A stretch of 64,000 nucleotides of DNA from Phycisphaerae bacterium (GTDB taxonomy: Bacteria > Planctomycetota > Phycisphaerae > UBA1845 > Fen-1342). The notes below the pieces were generated by a model. That model worked only from the letters and a program-made list of their open reading frames with translations, ran no database searches and was not told where the DNA came from. Below, one piece after another: positions 9,446-18,207 of this stretch (position 1 is the first letter of the stretch; every line of letters begins with the position of its first letter). Location of the stretch: positions 320,001 through 384,000 of the forward strand of contig CAXXWX010000019.1 of NCBI GenBank assembly GCA_963675745.2, read 5' to 3'. A program made the position numbers and the translations under genes.

Positions 9446-11593
9446 TTACGCCGAGCGCTTCCTGGCTCGGACCTTGTCCATGGCACTGGGTTTGGCATAC
9501 TCACGCCCCAGGCCCCACTCGGCGTCGTTGAAGTACTTCTGCGCCACTTGCCCCACCGTCATGCCACTCCACGCACTGTTGATCGACTGCCGATTCCTGG
9601 TCTCGCCATCTGCGTGACTCTGGACGAAACTTGTGGCATATGGAGTGTTCCTGGCAACCGAGTCATTGAACTGTTGATACCACCGATAGATGCGTTTGTC
9701 CCGTTTCAGGAGTGACTTCAGCGTATGCTCAAACTTCTGAAGATGCGGGCTCTTGTAGTCGCGGCAGGCCTTGGCCACATCGGTGAGAATGTCGATGGCC
9801 CCGCCGACGGCCGCCAGCGCCAAGCCGAACGGTGCCAGCGGCGGCAACAACGCCACCGTGAGCCCACCCATTACAAACCCCTTGCCGCAGTACGAACCCA
9901 CGGCGTAGTGGAAGTCCGTGCCATTGGCCTTGCCGGCGGTGGAATACAGCGCGTGAATCGCCAGCCCGAAATCGACGCCCGCCGTTAGCAGCCCGCCACC
10001 CTTCTTGATCACCTTGGCGCCCGGCATGTACGTTTGGATACCCTTGAACTGCGTCAGCTCGAGTCCCACCTCGGCGATGGTCTTCGCATTCTCGATCTTC
10101 TGGACCATGGTCTGCCGCTTGTTGGTGTCCAACATGATGCTCGCGAGCTTGAGCCCGGAGACGGCAGCGTTGAAGGCCTTCATGCTGATGTGGTCGTCTG
10201 CTTGATTGAAGAAGTCCGTGGCATCGACTCTTTGATCGACCAACCTGAGCGAGAACAACTGCTTCTGGAGACGTGCGGCCGCCTGCGGTTTGGCCTCCTG
10301 CACGGATTCCAGGAATGCGGTTGCGGCTACAAGATCGGTGCGTAACTGCGAGAGCTCCCGGCCCAGCTTCAACGTGCCGAACGAACTGGCGATGTCGATC
10401 CATCCGCTCCGCAGCTTCCGCAGCCAACCCGCGTTGGTTTTGGACCATTCAACACCCTTGCGAACGGCCTCATCAAAGAGTTGCTGATTGCTCTTGACTG
10501 CCGTTTGCGTCGAGCTGAGGAACTTGCCGACGTGCAGGCGATAGATGGTGTCAGCCTCGTCGGTTCGCGCCAACAGCGCGTAGGCCTGCCGATAGACCCT
10601 TCGGTATTTATATGGGATGTAGTCCTTGCCGCGCCGGCTGGCCTTGAGATAGCGCTGCTCGTAGCTCTTGTCGAAGAACTTCTCGAATTGCTCGTGATGA
10701 TCGCGGCAGCAAAGAACCTCACGCAGTCGCCGGGCGACCCAACTGATGCGGCGACCGTAATAGCGCTTGGCGAAATATGCGTACCGCTGCTTGATCTTCT
10801 TGCCCAGGGGCTCCATGAGCTCCTTGCGCAGCAGCAGCGTCTCGTGGTAACACCCAACGGCCTTCGCCGTGTTTCCGGAGTAGACATTTCGCAGCCACCG
10901 GTCGTAGCGATAGCTGCCCCAGCCGGCGTTCAGGTTGGCGGCCTGATCGACCAGCGCCGCGCAGGCCGTCAGATTGCCCAATCGCCTTGCGGCGTTCTTG
11001 AGCAGCCGTTCGAGCACACGCACGAGGCGCTTCGTGTGCAGGTAGTACAGCGGATACGAGCACGGCACGTGCAACGGCACCCAGGGCTTTCTTTTCTTCA
11101 GGAACGCCCCGATCTCGGTGTGCTTGCAGCCGCACAGCAGCTTTTGCCGGCGCAGCTTTTTGAGCGAAAGCTGCCGACTCATGTAGCGGAGGTTCGGCGT
11201 CCACAGGAACAAACCGAAGTCCTTGCGCGGGTGGACCTTGATCAGCTCGCGCCGGTAGGCCCACTTGGCCATCGAGTTTTTGACGACCTGCCACCAGGGC
11301 TTGAAGTTGCGAACCTCGAGCAGCAGCTCCCCGGACGCACCGCCGGACCGCCCGATCACGACCTGGTTGTGCACCGTACCGTTGGCGTCTTTCCAGGTGA
11401 CCGGGTGCAGGAATCCGTCGCAGTCGGTGTATGCGAGCCCCATGCGAATGCGGTCGGCGGGGGTGCCAAGGAAGTACTTGGGGTCGCGATTCAGCGAGTA
11501 CCAGACAACGTACTGGTTCACGGCCAGATGCGGCCGCCGGCAACCACAGCGTTTCTTGTGATAGAGTCGGATGGGAGGCAATGCTGCGCCCAT
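9446..11593 (-). CDS. Hypothetical highly basic 715-aa protein; candidate spike-delivered effector
   Basis: Lies between the vgrG-linked genes and PAAR. GGAAGAGGA RBS and a 1-nt gap to the upstream stop. K/R/Y/W-rich N-half and a C-terminal Gly/Ala-rich hydrophobic hairpin. Confidence 0.75.
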   Translation of the reverse strand: MGAALPPIRLYHKKRCGCRRPHLAVNQYVVWYSLNRDPKYFLGTPADRIRMGLAYTDCDGFLHPVTWKDANGTVHNQVVIGRSGGASGELLLEVRNFKPWWQVVKNSMAKWAYRRELIKVHPRKDFGLFLWTPNLRYMSRQLSLKKLRRQKLLCGCKHTEIGAFLKKRKPWVPLHVPCSYPLYYLHTKRLVRVLERLLKNAARRLGNLTACAALVDQAANLNAGWGSYRYDRWLRNVYSGNTAKAVGCYHETLLLRKELMEPLGKKIKQRYAYFAKRYYGRRISWVARRLREVLCCRDHHEQFEKFFDKSYEQRYLKASRRGKDYIPYKYRRVYRQAYALLARTDEADTIYRLHVGKFLSSTQTAVKSNQQLFDEAVRKGVEWSKTNAGWLRKLRSGWIDIASSFGTLKLGRELSQLRTDLVAATAFLESVQEAKPQAAARLQKQLFSLRLVDQRVDATDFFNQADDHISMKAFNAAVSGLKLASIMLDTNKRQTMVQKIENAKTIAEVGLELTQFKGIQTYMPGAKVIKKGGGLLTAGVDFGLAIHALYSTAGKANGTDFHYAVGSYCGKGFVMGGLTVALLPPLAPFGLALAAVGGAIDILTDVAKACRDYKSPHLQKFEHTLKSLLKRDKRIYRWYQQFNDSVARNTPYATSFVQSHADGETRNRQSINSAWSGMTVGQVAQKYFNDAEWGLGREYAKPSAMDKVRARKRSA

Positions 11594-11594
11594 A

Positions 11595-12419
11595 TTATGC
11601 GTCCTCTTCCTGTCGGGTCATCGGTCGGCTGTCGCCGGCGGAGGTCGCCGTGGTCGTTCCGCCTTTCTGGCAGAGATTGCCACTGGCCACGCGCGTGTCC
11701 TCGGTCAATTCGAGTTCCTGCTCGGCGTCCTCATCCTCATCCGAGTCGACCTCGTCGTCGTCGCGCTCGTCCCCTTCATCATCCGCGCGGGATTCCTCTT
11801 CGAGCATCTTCGCGGCGGAGGGCAACCGGTCCTCCTCCTCAATCTCGCCGACTTCCTCGTCGTCATCCGCGTCGTCCGGTTCATCGTCCACTGCGGCCTG
11901 CTCATCGTCCTCGCTGGACTCGATGGCGTATTCCTCGTCATCGAAAGCGAAATCGGCAAAATCCGGGTCAACGGCTGCCGCTTCCTCCTCGTCACTCAGC
12001 GCCTCACCCATCAGGTCCGGCTTGTTGAAGTGGCTGTCGTCCAGCGGGAGATACTCGAACAGCAGCATCGTCGCCGTGGCGCGCGTCTCGGTCTCTTTCA
12101 AATCGAGCGTGCACTGGTAGCACTTGCGCGGCTTCAGCTTCGTGAACGTCACACGCACCCAGCAATCCTCGATGATCTCGCCGTCCTCGCCGAGAACCAG
12201 CGTTTGCCGATACGCACCGTCGTGGCTTTCGAGTGTGATCTGGTCGTCTTCGTATTGCTCGTCGATCGCGTGCAGCGGCAGGTAGATCGTGTAGGTGCGC
12301 TTGACGTCCAGGACGTTGTCGGCCGCGCCGCGCCGCACGCGTGACGATTGTTCGAGCGTGTGCTCTTCTTGTTGCATGGTCATGTCCCGTGTTGCCGGAA
12401 GATCATCGCGCCGCCGCAT
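11595..12419 (-). CDS. Hypothetical protein: beta-rich N-domain plus long Asp/Glu tract
   Basis: TGATG overlap with the upstream gene. About 100 residues of D/E-rich low-complexity sequence. Confidence 0.8.
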   Translation of the reverse strand: MRRRDDLPATRDMTMQQEEHTLEQSSRVRRGAADNVLDVKRTYTIYLPLHAIDEQYEDDQITLESHDGAYRQTLVLGEDGEIIEDCWVRVTFTKLKPRKCYQCTLDLKETETRATATMLLFEYLPLDDSHFNKPDLMGEALSDEEEAAAVDPDFADFAFDDEEYAIESSEDDEQAAVDDEPDDADDDEEVGEIEEEDRLPSAAKMLEEESRADDEGDERDDDEVDSDEDEDAEQELELTEDTRVASGNLCQKGGTTTATSAGDSRPMTRQEEDA

Positions 12420-13270
12420 CAGCAGCCATACGCCGCGCGAAGCGCGTCCCGTGTCAATTCGTCAATCTTCCCTGTCGGACGCAGCTCGTGGCGTTGTTGA
12501 AACAGCCGCAGCGCCACGGCGGATTGGTCGTTCCACTCGCCGGTCACCTCGACGTCGTAGCCGAGGTTATGCAGCCGCGCCTGCACGCCGCCGTATTCGG
12601 TGAGTGGGTCGAGCGCCCCCAGGGCCAGGTCAAACGTCTCTCCGCCGTTCGTCAGCGTGAGCACGCCGCACCGTGCATCGGGTGCGATGCGGGTGGTGAT
12701 CCGTCCGTCGGCGTCGGTCGTGCCGGCTTGTTTGACTCCGTCGATCTCGAGCGTGTACGGCTCATCCGCGCGGGGCTCGCCTTCGAGGCGCAAGACTAGT
12801 CGAAGCTGTTCCAACCCTCGACGCTGGAAACGATGCCGCTGTTCGGTGGCCCCGGGCTCCTCCTTGCGCCGCAGCTCAGGAACGTGCACGCGGTCGCCGG
12901 CGCGCAGAAGATTCGGGTCGTGCCGCGCAGTGCGCAGCGCCCTGTTCTGTGCATCATCCCAGATGGTCTCCCACAAGTGCCCGCGTTCCCAGGCGATGCT
13001 CGCCACACAGTCGCCCGCTTTGACCACGTATTCGCCGTCGCCAACAGGCCCGGTCTCTGGGAGATTGTCGGGCGCGGCTTGCGGCGTCTGCGGCGTGCCA
13101 TTTGCGGCCGCGCTCTCTTCGTCAACCGCCGTCTCAGCGCCAGGGTCGCGCACGACCTGAGGTTGTTGTCGGCGTCCGTTTCGACGTTCCACTTCGGCGC
13201 GAAGTTCGGCCGCGCGCTTCTGCCGCGCGCCCAGACTGGGTTCGCTCGTTGTTTCGGTTTGGTCGGACAT
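12419..13270 (-). CDS. LysM + peptidoglycan-binding domain protein
   Basis: LysM-like YVVKAGDCVASIA...NLLRAGDRVHVP. C-terminal PG_binding_1-like VQARLHNLGY...ALRLFQQRHELRPTGKIDELT. ATG 13270 overlaps the vgrG stop (TGATG). Confidence 0.85.
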   Translation of the reverse strand: MSDQTETTSEPSLGARQKRAAELRAEVERRNGRRQQPQVVRDPGAETAVDEESAAANGTPQTPQAAPDNLPETGPVGDGEYVVKAGDCVASIAWERGHLWETIWDDAQNRALRTARHDPNLLRAGDRVHVPELRRKEEPGATEQRHRFQRRGLEQLRLVLRLEGEPRADEPYTLEIDGVKQAGTTDADGRITTRIAPDARCGVLTLTNGGETFDLALGALDPLTEYGGVQARLHNLGYDVEVTGEWNDQSAVALRLFQQRHELRPTGKIDELTRDALRAAYGC

Positions 13271-15864
13271 CAAATACGCTCCCAGCATTCGGCGTCGAGG
13301 TTCGGGAAACAGATCTGGCACGTGCCGGGCTGGATGCCGTCAACGTGGGCCAGTCCGTTGGCATCCAGCGAACCCCGGCGGACCTTGCCATCGGGCAACT
13401 TGAGTTCGTAGACCTCGCTCGGGATTGGAACACCGGCCTCGTCGACCAGCTCGATCTCAATCCAACTGGTCTGGCACTCCGCACCCGCGGCGGGCTTAGC
13501 TTCGGGCCCTGCGCTTGCAGGACTTGCGGATTCGGGCTCCGCGTCGCGGTCATAGCGCGTGTCCTTACCGTGCTGCACGCAGTCGGCTTCGGTGGGCGGC
13601 TCCGGCGCTTCGGGCGCCGTGACCTGCGCCATCACCGGCGGCGCCACCGGGACGCCGGGGATGCTGTTCAGATGCACCGTCTGGCCGTCAATGTGCACGC
13701 CGCTGGCGTCGATGATGATGCTGCCACCCAGCCCGCGGAGCTCCAGTGTCGCACCGGCCTCGATCTTGATGTTGCGGGCCGATGCCTCGTACGTTTCGGA
13801 GACCTCGTGCTTATGGTTGCAGCCGTAGTGTTCGACCACGTCGCTCTGAACATCGGTCGAGTGCGTCCCGGCGACCTTGATCGAGACCTTGCCGTTGACG
13901 GCCAGCGATTCGTCGCCGCCGGTCTCCGCATTGTGGTTGCCGTCGATCTTGAGGTGGTGGTTGTTTTTGACGAGTTCGATGCGGTCGTTGCCCACGGTCA
14001 GGTGGCGGTCGCGCTCGATGTTCTCGACCCGGTCGTTCTTGAACCGGATGTGAAGGTCCCGCTGCCCGTAGATGAGCATCTGTTCCGAGCCCTTGAGATC
14101 CTCAAAGCGGATCTCGTGCGAGCCGCCGCCGCCTTTCGAGCTGCGCGTTTTGATGACGCTCTTGGTCTTCTCCTTGGGCAGCTCGTAGGGGGGCATGTGG
14201 TCAGCGTTATAGACGCGGCCGGTGATGATCGGCTTGTCGGGATCGCCTTCGAGGAAGTCGACGACAACCTCCTGCCCGACGCGCGGCAAAAACATCATGC
14301 CGTAGCCGCCGCCCGCCATCCCCTGGCTGACCCGAATCCAACACGAGGCGTTCTCGCCGAACCGCCCCGCCCGATCCCAGTTGAACTGCACCTTCACGCG
14401 GCCGTATTCGTCGGTGTGAATCTCCTCGCCTTCGGGGCCCACCACGCGCGCCGTCTGTGTTCCCCGCATCAGAGGCCACGGCGTCAGTCGCGCCGGCCGA
14501 TAGCTGACCGAAGCCGGGATGCACTCGAAGCAACACTCATAAACGGGGGCGATGTGATCCGCGATGTTTGCGGCGGCGACGTCTTCCAGCAGATTGGGGA
14601 TCGACAGCGTCGCCGCCGGATTGCCGCCGGAAGCCTCGGCCACGGCCGGCAGGTCTCGGGATACCTGGCCCGCGTGGTAGAGCCACTGTGTGAGCGCGCG
14701 GCGCGCCGTTGGATCTCCGGAGCTCAATCGCGACGTGATTTGCAGCAACGCGTCGGCCAAGTCGCGAATAGCAGTGTCTTCGGTTTGCCGGGCCGCGATG
14801 AGGGACTGGTGCAGACGGGCATCAAGTACGCCGTTCTTGCCGCTGACACTCGCAGTCGTGTGCGTCGTGGATTGCCGTCCCTGGTGCGTTACCGTGGTCA
14901 GCAGATACGGTCCGTTCAACCCGCCTGGGTGCTCGGCCAGGTCGAATGTCCGTCCGGGAGTCAGGCGCGGGCTGTTGCTCTGCCCGGTGCCAACGATGCG
15001 GCTCGCCTGGAACTCCTCGGCGCGGAGCGCGGCCAGGTCTCGTCCGGGCTTTTGTTCAGAGTATTCACCGGGATAGTCGAAGAACTCCAGCGCCCTGTCG
15101 CGCCCGCAATCGCCGTCAACCTGTAGGTTCAGCCCGGGCTTCCTGAAACTGAAGTCATTGAGCACCACGGCGCCCGGTCGAACCGATTGGCCGAGCCGGA
15201 AGCGAGAGACGTGCTCCTCGGGCGCGTTCATCCCGGTCGGCGGGCGGTAGGCCAGCGTGGTTTCCCCGGTAATTGAGCCATACGTTGCCGCGCCGCCGTC
15301 GTCGAGGACAAGGACGTGGCAGTCCTTTGACTGCTCGAAGTACCAGCGGATGCCCTCCTCTTCCATCAACCGACAGATGAAGTTGTAGTCTGTCTCCCGG
15401 TATTGGACGCAGTACTCGCGGGGAGCATATTCGCGCTCACTCAGATCGAACCTGACGCGATCCTGGGCGATGTCTCCCTTGGTGAGCACGTCCGAGATGA
15501 TCTCGGGCACCGTCTTGTTCTGATGTATTCGCGAGTTGTACCGGTGGGTCAGCAGCCAGAGGCTGGGCATGAGCTCAGCGCGATAGTACGTCCGCTCAAC
15601 CGCTTCGCCGGTCATTTCGAAGCTGCTGACGATGCCGTGGAACCACTTCTCGCCGAAGTCTGTCTTGATCGTCAGCACCGCCGGCTTGCCGACGATGTCG
15701 TCAAAGACGGCTTGGGCGCCGATCGAGACCAGCTCGATCTCGAACCGGTACATCTGGCAAAGGCCCTCGCTTCCGCGATAGCGATCGACCAGGAACTGGG
15801 CAGGGTCACCATCGCCGACCTGAAATGCGATCTGAGCCGTACTGAGATCTTGAACCAGTGGCAT
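13270..15864 (-). CDS. vgrG: Type VI secretion spike protein VgrG/TssI
   Basis: REYCVQYRETDYNFICRLMEEEGI, QTARVVGPEGEEIHTDEYGRVKVQFNWDR, CWIRVSQGMAGGGYGMMFLPRVGQEVVVDFLEGDPDKPIITGRVYN, then gp5-like beta-helix repeats. Confidence 0.97.
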   Translation of the reverse strand: MPLVQDLSTAQIAFQVGDGDPAQFLVDRYRGSEGLCQMYRFEIELVSIGAQAVFDDIVGKPAVLTIKTDFGEKWFHGIVSSFEMTGEAVERTYYRAELMPSLWLLTHRYNSRIHQNKTVPEIISDVLTKGDIAQDRVRFDLSEREYAPREYCVQYRETDYNFICRLMEEEGIRWYFEQSKDCHVLVLDDGGAATYGSITGETTLAYRPPTGMNAPEEHVSRFRLGQSVRPGAVVLNDFSFRKPGLNLQVDGDCGRDRALEFFDYPGEYSEQKPGRDLAALRAEEFQASRIVGTGQSNSPRLTPGRTFDLAEHPGGLNGPYLLTTVTHQGRQSTTHTTASVSGKNGVLDARLHQSLIAARQTEDTAIRDLADALLQITSRLSSGDPTARRALTQWLYHAGQVSRDLPAVAEASGGNPAATLSIPNLLEDVAAANIADHIAPVYECCFECIPASVSYRPARLTPWPLMRGTQTARVVGPEGEEIHTDEYGRVKVQFNWDRAGRFGENASCWIRVSQGMAGGGYGMMFLPRVGQEVVVDFLEGDPDKPIITGRVYNADHMPPYELPKEKTKSVIKTRSSKGGGGSHEIRFEDLKGSEQMLIYGQRDLHIRFKNDRVENIERDRHLTVGNDRIELVKNNHHLKIDGNHNAETGGDESLAVNGKVSIKVAGTHSTDVQSDVVEHYGCNHKHEVSETYEASARNIKIEAGATLELRGLGGSIIIDASGVHIDGQTVHLNSIPGVPVAPPVMAQVTAPEAPEPPTEADCVQHGKDTRYDRDAEPESASPASAGPEAKPAAGAECQTSWIEIELVDEAGVPIPSEVYELKLPDGKVRRGSLDANGLAHVDGIQPGTCQICFPNLDAECWERI

Positions 15865-16497
15865 GTTTCGAAAACCCCGTGTTGTGAGGCAAAGCGGGTC
15901 AATTCAACGCGGTTGGGCCCCGGCATGTCCGTGCTCACGGCCTGTCGTCTGCCGAAGGACCCGAACCGTCTTCACAGGGGTAAACGAAAACGAGGCGAGT
16001 GACCCGCCGACTTTTCCGCGTCAGGAGCCGGGAGCCCGGTTATCCCGGGCCGTTCTGGCAAGGTTTGCCCGGTGCTGCAACGCCGGGACGATCCCTCATG
16101 AATGCATAACTCCCCACTCAGCAACGTGTTACGCTTGCTCGCCGACGCTTGGTGGTCAACTGATGTGGTCAGCCACGTGTTCCGTGAAAGAGCCCATTGT
16201 CACAGAAGGTGGAGGTTCTGAGCCGGTGTGGTAGTCCGCGAGTGCCTCTACAGCGCGTGACGGGCCTGCTTCTCGACCTTCTGGAACACCGTGCGCGCCT
16301 TGGTGGATCGAGCAGACCGGCCGCCAATCGTACGAGCCGCAGATCTTCGACGATCGCAAGGTCGTGCTGCTGGTCAAGCCGGTGACGGACCATGCCCCGC
16401 AAGGAGCATGCCGCCGAGCTCCGACGATTCTGATCCACTCAAGAAGGTTCGGCGCCGAGGGCTTTCCCGAACGTGGCGGGGCGGCGTCGAGACACAG

Positions 16498-17838
16498 TCA
16501 TTTGGTTTGTGGTTGCCCGGGTGACGCGTCTGGCGGACCGCCGTTCGCCGTCTTCTTCCTGCCAAACTCGGGGTCAATCTTCACTAGGGCCGCCACGATG
16601 AAGCCCGGGATTGTGGCGATCATCACCCACACGAAGAAGTGCTGATACCCGAGGCATTCCTGGAGCCAGCCGCTGAACATGCCTGGCAGCATCATGCTCA
16701 GGGCCATGAACCCCGTACAGATTGCGAAGTGGGCCGTCTTGCGCGGCCCCTCCGCGACCATGATCATGTACAGCATATACGCGGTGAAGCCGAACCCGTA
16801 TCCAAACTGCTCGGCGGACACCGCCACGCCGATGAGGACCTGGCTGGATGGTTGCGCGTACGCTAGGTAGACGTACACAAGGTTCGGCAGGTTCATCATG
16901 ACCACCATCGGCCATAGCCAGCGGCGCAGGCCGTGCCGCGAAATAAGCAGCCCGCCCAGGATCCCCCCAGCCAGTAGCGCGATCACACCAAGGGTGCCCT
17001 TGATGACGCCGACCTGGCTGGTGTCCAGCCCCAGCCCGCCGGCGGTAGGTTCATCCAGAAGAAACGGGTAGGCCAGCTTGACGAGCTGGGCTTCCGCGAA
17101 GCGGTACAGCAGCAGGAAGGCAAGGATGATGACGATTCCATCTTTCTTGAAGAACTCGGCGAATACCATGAAGAATTCGCCCGCCAAGCTCCGGCGTTTC
17201 TCGCGGCCCCGACCGACGTCCTCCGCCGGCCGAGGAAGCACGAAGAAGTGATAGATGAACGCCGCCAGGAACACGCCGGCTACCGCGAACATCGTGATCT
17301 GCCAGGCCGTCCGTATCTGGCCGAGCCGCGTTTCGAGAGTCCCGGCGAGGACGACCAGCGCGCCCTCCCCGGCGACCATGGCGATCCGGTAGAACGTGGA
17401 GCGGATGCCGACGAAGGCGGCCTGTTGGTGCTGTCTCAGGCCCAGCATGTAGAAACCGTCGGCGGCGATGTCGTGCGTGGCCGAGCTGAACGCCATCAGC
17501 CAGAGGAACGCGATCGTGTACTGGAAGAAGCGCGGCGCCGGGATCGACAACGCCACCAGCGCCAGCACCACGCCGATCACAGCCTGCATGAGCACGGTCC
17601 AAAGGCGTTTGGTGCCCAGCAGGTCCACCACCGGGCTCCACAGCGGCTTGATCACCCAGGGCAGATACAGCCAGCTCGTGTACAGGGCGATGTCGGTGTT
17701 GGAGATGCCCAGGCGCTTGTACATGATGACTGAGACGCTCATCACCATGACGTACGGAATGCCCTCGGCGAAGTAGAGTGTGGGAATCCAGGTCCACGGA
17801 CTGGCATTCCGCACCGTTTTGAGTTGCGCGTCCGACAT
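16498..17838 (-). CDS. ampG: AmpG-family MFS muropeptide transporter
   Basis: LYFAEGIPY, LPWVIKPLWSPVVD and FSSATHDIAADG motifs; about 12 TM helices. Confidence 0.85.
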   Translation of the reverse strand: MSDAQLKTVRNASPWTWIPTLYFAEGIPYVMVMSVSVIMYKRLGISNTDIALYTSWLYLPWVIKPLWSPVVDLLGTKRLWTVLMQAVIGVVLALVALSIPAPRFFQYTIAFLWLMAFSSATHDIAADGFYMLGLRQHQQAAFVGIRSTFYRIAMVAGEGALVVLAGTLETRLGQIRTAWQITMFAVAGVFLAAFIYHFFVLPRPAEDVGRGREKRRSLAGEFFMVFAEFFKKDGIVIILAFLLLYRFAEAQLVKLAYPFLLDEPTAGGLGLDTSQVGVIKGTLGVIALLAGGILGGLLISRHGLRRWLWPMVVMMNLPNLVYVYLAYAQPSSQVLIGVAVSAEQFGYGFGFTAYMLYMIMVAEGPRKTAHFAICTGFMALSMMLPGMFSGWLQECLGYQHFFVWVMIATIPGFIVAALVKIDPEFGRKKTANGGPPDASPGQPQTK

Positions 17839-18207
17839 CTCTCGCCTCCGGCGAAGTGCGGCGGTTCAGACCGGGCAGCTCGCACACCACGCCGCAGTGA
17901 ACCGCGCGGAGTTTCCCACTCCCTGTAGCCGCCCGTGCAGCCGGCGTGTCGGGAGTACGAGTTCAGGCGCGTCTCCACACAGCATCCATGCAGAGGCGCT
18001 CCCAACGTCCGGTGGCGTTACAGCCGCCACTTGGACCAACAGAATACCAGATTTGGCCATCGCGCGCGCTTGATGGCGCTAGATGCGGATGAACTCGAGT
18101 TGTGGCCAAGGATATGAGCTGGCGCTCTGCCCGTTACGCGTGGCAAGCACGCGGGACATCGGGCTGCGCATCGGGAGCCGCGCGAGGATGCTCACACATG
18201 CGTTCGG

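Noticed and set aside
10481..15126. Long plus-strand ORFs (10481-12028, 13102-15126)
   Set aside because: Antisense shadows of the well-supported minus-strand vgrG cassette; typical of high-GC DNA and without motifs.
5480..15864. Prophage or complete T6SS/eCIS locus
   Set aside because: No capsid, terminase, integrase, sheath, tube or baseplate genes; only spike components are present.
15865..16497. Small ORFs or a sigma54 promoter upstream of vgrG
   Set aside because: No ORF has a convincing RBS or motif. The TGGCA...TTGC near 16056 has the wrong spacing (GG-N8-GC) and lies on the wrong strand.
17839..18207. ncRNA or riboswitch in the 370-bp gap upstream of ampG
   Set aside because: No recognisable conserved motif by eye; an Rfam/Infernal search would be needed.
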